From the IMG/VR virus record IMGVR_UViG_2645727901_000008: 64,000 bases of DNA; one strand, given 5' to 3'. Below, one piece after another: positions 58,817 through 64,000 of the stretch (position 1 is the stretch's first letter; each line of letters starts with the position of its first letter). This stretch comes from a virus. Lineage: Duplodnaviria > Heunggongvirae > Uroviricota > Caudoviricetes. The notes beneath the pieces were generated by a model. It saw nothing but the letters and a program-made list of their open reading frames with translations. It was not told where the DNA came from and ran no database searches. Both the position numbers and the translations under genes were made by a program.

Positions 58817-58895
58817 CAAGAAAGAAGCCGACTGCCTGAGCTGGATTCACTTTCAAATGCCCGCAGAAAGGGAACACAAGTCGGCTTCTTTCTTG
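58817..58895. repeat. Perfect 17-bp inverted repeat separated by 45 bp
   Basis: CAAGAAAGAAGCCGACT ... AGTCGGCTTCTTTCTTG in an ORF-poor stretch. Confidence 0.6.
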
Positions 58896-59383
58896 ATGCG
58901 GCACTCTCTCCGCCCGTCACCGTTCTGTCTCGGTTGTCGCGTTTGCCACGCCAGCCGTAACGAGGTTTAAAGTCTTTGCACGTTTCCATCACTCGACTGC
59001 CGTCTGTGGCTGTTCGTTGCAGCGGGGGTGCCTCCCCCTGGGGATATCCCCGGCCTTACCCCATTCTTTCAAGACACAATGCAAGGCCGCATCCGCATAG
59101 GTGCATTACCGCAACATTAAGGAGACTTAGGGCAAAAGGTAATCGCCACAAAAAAAATCCCTATGCCTCCTTAATGTTGAGGATGTGCATTGATGATGAT
59201 TCGATGCGGCGAGTCCCGTTACTCTCTGCCGGACCATCATCAATGAACATCTTAAAAAGACCTTCCGTGGCTCAACATGTCTTGTCGTTTACTCCGTAAA
59301 GTGCTCTCTCTGAAACCACTTTACGCACTAAACCTGCTGAACTTTGGCTTGCTCGGTGCCAAAGCGAGTCCCTGTATGTATGT

Positions 59384-59398
59384 AATTTTCTAACACTT
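59384..59398. promoter_or_regulatory. C1-type operator-like site
   Basis: AATTTTCTAACACTT. Confidence 0.45.
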
Positions 59399-59540
59399 TA
59401 ATTTGTTATTTGCTGGTGGGCGAACAACAACCAATAAGTGACTATCAAGCCCAGCAAGCGAAATGTGGCAACGCTCCACCAGCAAGGAAAATTCTAAGTT
59501 AAGTTACTCTCACAATCAATACGTTCGTTTAGTGAAATTA

Positions 59541-59555
59541 GATTTCTAACATTTT
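59541..59555. promoter_or_regulatory. C1-type operator-like site
   Basis: GATTTCTAACATTTT at the 3-prime end of the 406-aa gene. Confidence 0.45.
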
Positions 59556-60774
59556 ATTTCCCATAAAGATCTTCTACGCCCCCATTCTTCTTGTCCCATT
59601 CGTTAGCCCACACCCGGCAGGCATCAATAATTTCTTGACGACGGTCGCCCTGCATAAAGGGGATGCTTTCATGAAAACTACTTGGGATACAGGCCACGCT
59701 GAATACGGTATCAAACGCAGTCTGTTTGATAGCTTCCAACGTCTCTGGGCGCATTTTCAATTCATCGATCGGCGCATCCTTAGAGTCCATAATCCGGCGA
59801 TGCAGGCGCGGGAAATCAGTCTCCAGGTACGCCATAATTTTATCTGCCAGGCATTCGTCTATATCGGTATTCCAGTCCGTTTCGAAGCCGGGCAGGCGAT
59901 AGTAAAGCGGCGTTCCCCATACTGATGGGATCACATCCATCGTCAGCAGGCGGTTGGTTCTAATTTGTTGATGGTAATTAGCCGTCAACAGAGCTTCACC
60001 ACGCTGACCAGTCTCCGCAACCAGACCATGCGGGTACTCATGGATATAGGCAATAGCATCCACCCCGTCATACATGAGCGGGAATGTCTCTGGCCTTTGT
60101 CCCATACCACAAGCGCGGTTCAGATCATGACCAAGCTGTGAGCACTCTCGTTTCAGCGTTTCAATAATGTTCTGCGCTGTTGCTAACTTTTTACGCAGTG
60201 TGACGCCTTCGCCTTGATACTTAATGCATTGCTGATTCAGCTCTGTTAAACGCTCTTTTAGTTCCCGACGCTCTCTTTTCAGCGCACGGTTATCCTTCTC
60301 CGCAACATCCAGTCGTTTTGACAGACTGGCTGGATAGTCTTTTTTGTAACGACTCAAATCGGCTTCTGCGGATTTGCGCAGTGTGTTTGCCTGTTCAAGA
60401 CGCGCTTCCAGATTACCGATCTCACTACGCATATTCGCGGCAAATTGATTAACAGCATTGCCAAGACTTTCAACTGTCGCTGATACGCCTGTGACTTGTG
60501 AAAAACGGATCAAGCCATCATTAACGGCTTGTTGATATCCCTCAAACTGATCCACCAGCTTGTTGTAATCAACCGTCCCTTCCTCAAGTAGCTGGTTGAT
60601 CTCCGCGACCAGGTTATCAGTAGTGGCAATGACGCTCTCATGTAACCGTCTGGACAGGTCATCCCCCGGATTCCGCTTTTGAATAAGGGCGATCTGTGTC
60701 CGCAGCGTTTCAATCGCGGCTGAGATGATTTCCAGATTAGAAGTATCAGTTTGTTGACTCATTGCAGTTCCCAT
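59554..60774 (-). CDS. Operator-controlled coiled-coil protein
   Basis: ATG 60774 (or 60762) just downstream of the operator; long N-terminal coiled-coil. Confidence 0.5.
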   Translation of the reverse strand: MGTAMSQQTDTSNLEIISAAIETLRTQIALIQKRNPGDDLSRRLHESVIATTDNLVAEINQLLEEGTVDYNKLVDQFEGYQQAVNDGLIRFSQVTGVSATVESLGNAVNQFAANMRSEIGNLEARLEQANTLRKSAEADLSRYKKDYPASLSKRLDVAEKDNRALKRERRELKERLTELNQQCIKYQGEGVTLRKKLATAQNIIETLKRECSQLGHDLNRACGMGQRPETFPLMYDGVDAIAYIHEYPHGLVAETGQRGEALLTANYHQQIRTNRLLTMDVIPSVWGTPLYYRLPGFETDWNTDIDECLADKIMAYLETDFPRLHRRIMDSKDAPIDELKMRPETLEAIKQTAFDTVFSVACIPSSFHESIPFMQGDRRQEIIDACRVWANEWDKKNGGVEDLYGK

Positions 60775-60790
60775 TGTTTTTTGCAAGATT

Positions 60791-60806
60791 AGTTTTCTAA
60801 CATATT
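60791..60806. promoter_or_regulatory. C1-type operator-like site
   Basis: AGTTTTCTAACATATT. Confidence 0.5.
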
Positions 60807-60844
60807 TTATTAGTATGAGAACAAGAGCGAAAGATGTGATAAAC

Positions 60845-60871
60845 AAAAAACCCGCTAATCGGCGGGTTTTT
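60845..60871. terminator. Bidirectional rho-independent terminator
   Basis: A-run, CCCGC-TAATCG-GCGGG hairpin, T-run. Confidence 0.55.
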
Positions 60872-60877
60872 GAGCGG

Positions 60878-61192
60878 TTATTGTGTCATTGCCTGGTAGA
60901 TAAAATACACGATGCATACCGGTACGATAGCCCATTGCAGCAATGAAAGCAGCCTCATGGCTGTCATGGGAGTAACTCCATCTACGTATTCCTTCTCTGA
61001 CATTTTCCCTAACCAACTAACCGACAAAAGGGTCGAGTTCTCCCCCATTTCCAGCTCCCTGAGGGCTTCCCGGATTAAAGGCGCTGTTACCACCTTGCGG
61101 GCAGTGTTGAGCGTAATGCTCCGCGTCCTCCCGGCGTCATCGGCAAACGCCAGGTTCACATGATATTTTTTGCTCAATGTACAAACTCCCAA
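60878..61192 (-). CDS. Small protein with C-terminal TM helix
   Basis: 104 aa; LLSLLQWAIVPVCIVYFIY. Confidence 0.35.
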   Translation of the reverse strand: MGVCTLSKKYHVNLAFADDAGRTRSITLNTARKVVTAPLIREALRELEMGENSTLLSVSWLGKMSEKEYVDGVTPMTAMRLLSLLQWAIVPVCIVYFIYQAMTQ

Positions 61193-61374
61193 TCATTGGC
61201 TTTCGCGCTTTCCGGGGTAATGCATACCTTGTCGCCGGTAACTATGTTTCGGGCTTCTAATGCCCCATCATCCATCTTTTTAAGCTCTATACAGAAAGAA
61301 TGAGGCCATGAGCAGCGACGAGCAACAACGTTAGCACCAGCAGGGATAAGTTCAGCCACGTTAAGTAAACGCAA
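61174..61374 (-). CDS. Small hypothetical protein
   Basis: 66-aa coupled ORF. Confidence 0.3.
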   Translation of the reverse strand: MRLLNVAELIPAGANVVARRCSWPHSFCIELKKMDDGALEARNIVTGDKVCITPESAKANDWEFVH

Positions 61375-61388
61375 AACGATTTCTCCGT

Positions 61389-61832
61389 TTAATCAAGACA
61401 AACATATTCCGTGATAGCTTTTATGGCTTCATCGGCACTGCGCGCCTCAAAGCAGTAATAGCCTGCTTCCGTGAGGCGAGTCATCCAGACGAGCTGTTCG
61501 GGAGTCAGACGGTTTCTCCCGTGCTTCATCTCAATGCGCATTCCGTGATACCCACCACGAGCAAGGTCAATAGAAAGGTCCGGATAGCCCTTCTTCTGAC
61601 CTTCTGCCACCATCTTAATGGCTGTCCTTTTGCCTCTCAGGCCGCCGTTCGGTGTTGAGTGTGTGTGCTCATACACGTATCGCATGTTGCGATACAGCCA
61701 ATCCAGAACGCGAACCTGTTCGTAATGTTCGTAATTCCGTTTTAATAAGTCAGGATTTCTTTCTAACTCTCTCAGTGCAGCAGCGTGCGGGGATATTTCA
61801 GAATACGCACTATGATGCCTGCGTCTTCGCAT
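61389..61832 (-). CDS. VRR-NUC-type (PD-(D/E)xK) nuclease
   Basis: GYPDLSIDL...HGMRIEMK core; ATG 61832 abuts the operator. Confidence 0.65.
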   Translation of the reverse strand: MRRRRHHSAYSEISPHAAALRELERNPDLLKRNYEHYEQVRVLDWLYRNMRYVYEHTHSTPNGGLRGKRTAIKMVAEGQKKGYPDLSIDLARGGYHGMRIEMKHGRNRLTPEQLVWMTRLTEAGYYCFEARSADEAIKAITEYVCLD

Positions 61833-61834
61833 CA

Positions 61835-61849
61835 AATTTCTAACACAAA
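61835..61849. promoter_or_regulatory. C1-type operator-like site
   Basis: AATTTCTAACACAAA immediately upstream of the VRR-NUC start. Confidence 0.5.
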
Positions 61850-62020
61850 CTTACTGAATTCATGAACACGATAATAACAAGAGCGTTAGTTTTATCAAAC
61901 CGAGGGGAATACTACTGAAGAGATAGGCGGATGCAACAGGTCGGACTTGTTTTTAGAGTAAATGGTGATGCGGGTCAACAAGCCGGGTAAATTGTATGTC
62001 ATTTACCCAACTTGTTATTT

Positions 62021-62281
62021 TTAATGGTTTATTTTATCAGGTTCGTTAATTTCCGTAACCGCCTTGTCGATAGCAATCATCCATCCTTCATAGGATAAAT
62101 CATCAACAAGTCCCACCAGCTTATCGTCAGTGTGCGGAAAATAAATCCATCCCCATTTCGAAGGGTTTCCTATATGCCGCAGGGTAAATACCCGCTTATA
62201 ACGGTGGTATTCAAGGGCGTATCCCTTCCCTTGTGAGTACGCTTTTAAGTCGTCGATCGTAAACCTACGATTCTTCCGCAT
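62021..62281 (-). CDS. Hypothetical protein
   Basis: 86-aa ORF. Confidence 0.4.
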   Translation of the reverse strand: MRKNRRFTIDDLKAYSQGKGYALEYHRYKRVFTLRHIGNPSKWGWIYFPHTDDKLVGLVDDLSYEGWMIAIDKAVTEINEPDKINH

Positions 62282-62283
62282 GG

Positions 62284-62718
62284 CTACCCCACGATTCGAT
62301 ATTTCTCTATAGACTCGTCGTAACTTGTGTATACGTATGGCTCTGTATCATCAGCATAAGGCGCGACTTCCAGAGCATGAACGGGATTGTATACCGCGTC
62401 ATTTTCCAGGCGATCGCTCGAATACAGATGCCCGGCTAAAACCGTAAGCGCCGGGCGACTCATTTTGTAGATTTCTGCCACATCACTATCTACAACTTGT
62501 CCAAATGATATGTCGCCACGCTCCAGCAATAACGTTTTAAGCGCAGGCCACCACGGCCCATAAAGATGATAAAGCTGTGGATCTCTTTTCAGCCTTTCCG
62601 CCATGCCATCCAGATATGCATCCAGAAACGCCTCTTCACTCCTGCCATTGAGCGCCTGCGGCAAAATGTCCTCAAGGTAGGATTCCGTCGGTTTTACAGT
62701 GTCAATTAATGTCGTCAT
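62284..62718 (-). CDS. Hypothetical protein
   Basis: 144-aa coupled ORF. Confidence 0.4.
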   Translation of the reverse strand: MTTLIDTVKPTESYLEDILPQALNGRSEEAFLDAYLDGMAERLKRDPQLYHLYGPWWPALKTLLLERGDISFGQVVDSDVAEIYKMSRPALTVLAGHLYSSDRLENDAVYNPVHALEVAPYADDTEPYVYTSYDESIEKYRIVG

Positions 62719-62754
62719 TCAAATTCGGCCCCGGTTGGGGCCGCTCCTTATCTG

Positions 62755-63894
62755 TTAGGCCGCATCGGCGATTATTTTACGCAATTCATCTACCGAGTAA
62801 CGCGTAGATACCATCCATGCAGGACGGTCAAAGTTCACATCAGCAACCGGGTTTGCTTCAAAATTCCAGAAACGCCCGCCAATCTTCTTAATCGCGTCTT
62901 TGGCGTTCCGTATTGTCGAGGAACCAGGTTGGTCGGCAATGAGATAAACCGCACCGACGTCCTCGCTGACACTCCACCAGCGCCCGCGAACACGCGCCTT
63001 AGCGCGAATCGGCTTATCATTAACCACAATGATATAGTCATCATTCGCCGCTTCATCAGCTCTGGCTTCAGCCACTGCCGCCTGCTCTTCTCTTTTGCTT
63101 TCAGCCTGTTCAAGCCTTTCCGCGATCTCTGATTCGGTGGCCCCGCCGTTTTTCAGCGATACATAGTCTTGCCACGTTGCTGATTTGAGCGCATCCGGCA
63201 ACTCATTCACATAGTCACCGTCTTTCAACTCACGGGCGCGGCGGGTAGCCATTTCTACCAGGCGATTAACAGAAACAGCATCAGCAAAATCGTCCTTACT
63301 AATGTGTTTTTCATCAAATGCATTGATGACAGCCCCCACCTTAATCCACTGCGCTGCTGGCGAATCCAGAGGATTATCGGCCTGAACAATGGCTAATTTC
63401 GCTCCATCGACACCATTATTAGCCAGCTGCTCCAATGCCGACCAGCCATCGGCATCGCTGAGTGATTTATATTGCTCAAACAATGCATCGCGCCAGGCCA
63501 CCAGCGCAGCTCGTGTTTTCTCAATTTTCGCCGTAATTTTCGCGGCCTTCACCTGATTAAACATCCGTTCAATGTCATCAGTGTTGCTAAAGGCTTTCAT
63601 CCTGCCCTGGAATAAACGGTATGCCACCACGGTCTTCCAGAAAGATTCCAGCCCTTCTCCGGACGGTTTACGGAACAGGCTAAGAATATCTTCAGAAGTA
63701 ACTTTATTAAGTGAGCGACCGGACAAACCACGCCCTGCCATCCAGTTTTCAAACTCCTGGGAAACATCATCCATCGTGGCCTGTGACCCCCATGCCTGCA
63801 TTCCCTGGATGTAATCATATCCATACAATGCCTGGAGGAATCCCTCGCCGTCCACGACATTCAGCGGGTTATCACTGGCTTGTATTTTTGCCAC
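62755..63894 (-). CDS. Hypothetical protein
   Basis: 379-aa ORF with GTG start. Confidence 0.4.
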   Translation of the reverse strand: MAKIQASDNPLNVVDGEGFLQALYGYDYIQGMQAWGSQATMDDVSQEFENWMAGRGLSGRSLNKVTSEDILSLFRKPSGEGLESFWKTVVAYRLFQGRMKAFSNTDDIERMFNQVKAAKITAKIEKTRAALVAWRDALFEQYKSLSDADGWSALEQLANNGVDGAKLAIVQADNPLDSPAAQWIKVGAVINAFDEKHISKDDFADAVSVNRLVEMATRRARELKDGDYVNELPDALKSATWQDYVSLKNGGATESEIAERLEQAESKREEQAAVAEARADEAANDDYIIVVNDKPIRAKARVRGRWWSVSEDVGAVYLIADQPGSSTIRNAKDAIKKIGGRFWNFEANPVADVNFDRPAWMVSTRYSVDELRKIIADAA

Positions 63895-63897
63895 TTC

Positions 63898-64000
63898 ACG
63901 CTTCAGCGCCTCATCGTTGCCATCAGGGTAAATCCACCGCTCAGGCGCTATATCCGATGCTCGCCCGATTTTTTGACCTATTACGCCATCATAAGCCGAT
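63898..64000 (-). CDS. 3-prime end of a minus-strand gene starting outside the window
   Basis: Open frame running off the window edge, stop overlapping the downstream GTG start. Confidence 0.25.

Larger units (their letters stand above)
1..64000. mobile_element. Segment of a P1-like phage-plasmid (extends beyond both window edges)
   Basis: Co-occurrence of Phd/Doc, Cre-like recombinase with lox-like site, RdgC-like HrdC, Dam-like MTase, HumD, Hot, Ref, PacA/PacB, iteron RepA, tRNAs and myovirus tail genes. Confidence 0.8.

Noticed and set aside
1-64000. Insertion sequences or transposase genes
   Set aside because: No transposase-like ORF or terminal inverted repeats flanking a candidate were found

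Overview
This window looks like a 64-kb slice of a P1-like temperate phage-plasmid, with a gene order that differs from the canonical P1 map as I recall it. Plasmid-maintenance functions: an iteron-flanked RepA replicon (4.1-5.5 kb), two adjacent partition systems (actin-like ParM/ParR and ParA/ParG-like, 15.5-18.3 kb), and two toxin-antitoxin pairs (HigB/HigA at 24.2-24.9 kb, Phd/Doc at 45.6-46.2 kb). Phage functions: a Sit-like tape-measure protein (cut by the window edge), tail tube, sheath and head-like genes, overlapping spanins, a PAAR tip and gpV-like spike, RdgC-like HrdC, Dam-like and C5-like methyltransferases, an icd/ant antirepressor module with a possible c4-like antisense RNA, Ref, a lambda-type phosphatase, Hot, LexA-boxed HumD, dUTPase, a Cre-like recombinase with a variant lox site, a putative C1-like repressor, Lpa/PacA/PacB with a GATC-rich pac-like region, a TerB-like gene and a cluster of minus-strand tRNAs. 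A recurring TTTTCTAACA-type motif sits upstream of many early operons and is probably the operator of a C1-like repressor with specificity different from P1. The most interesting candidate for an undescribed system is an AT-rich three-gene cassette (29650-31642, minus strand) encoding a small protein, an HExxH metallopeptidase-like protein and a standalone dCTP-deaminase/dUTPase-fold enzyme. All homology calls are from reading the translations by eye; no database search was run, and hand-derived coordinates for non-ORF features may be off by 1-2 bp.
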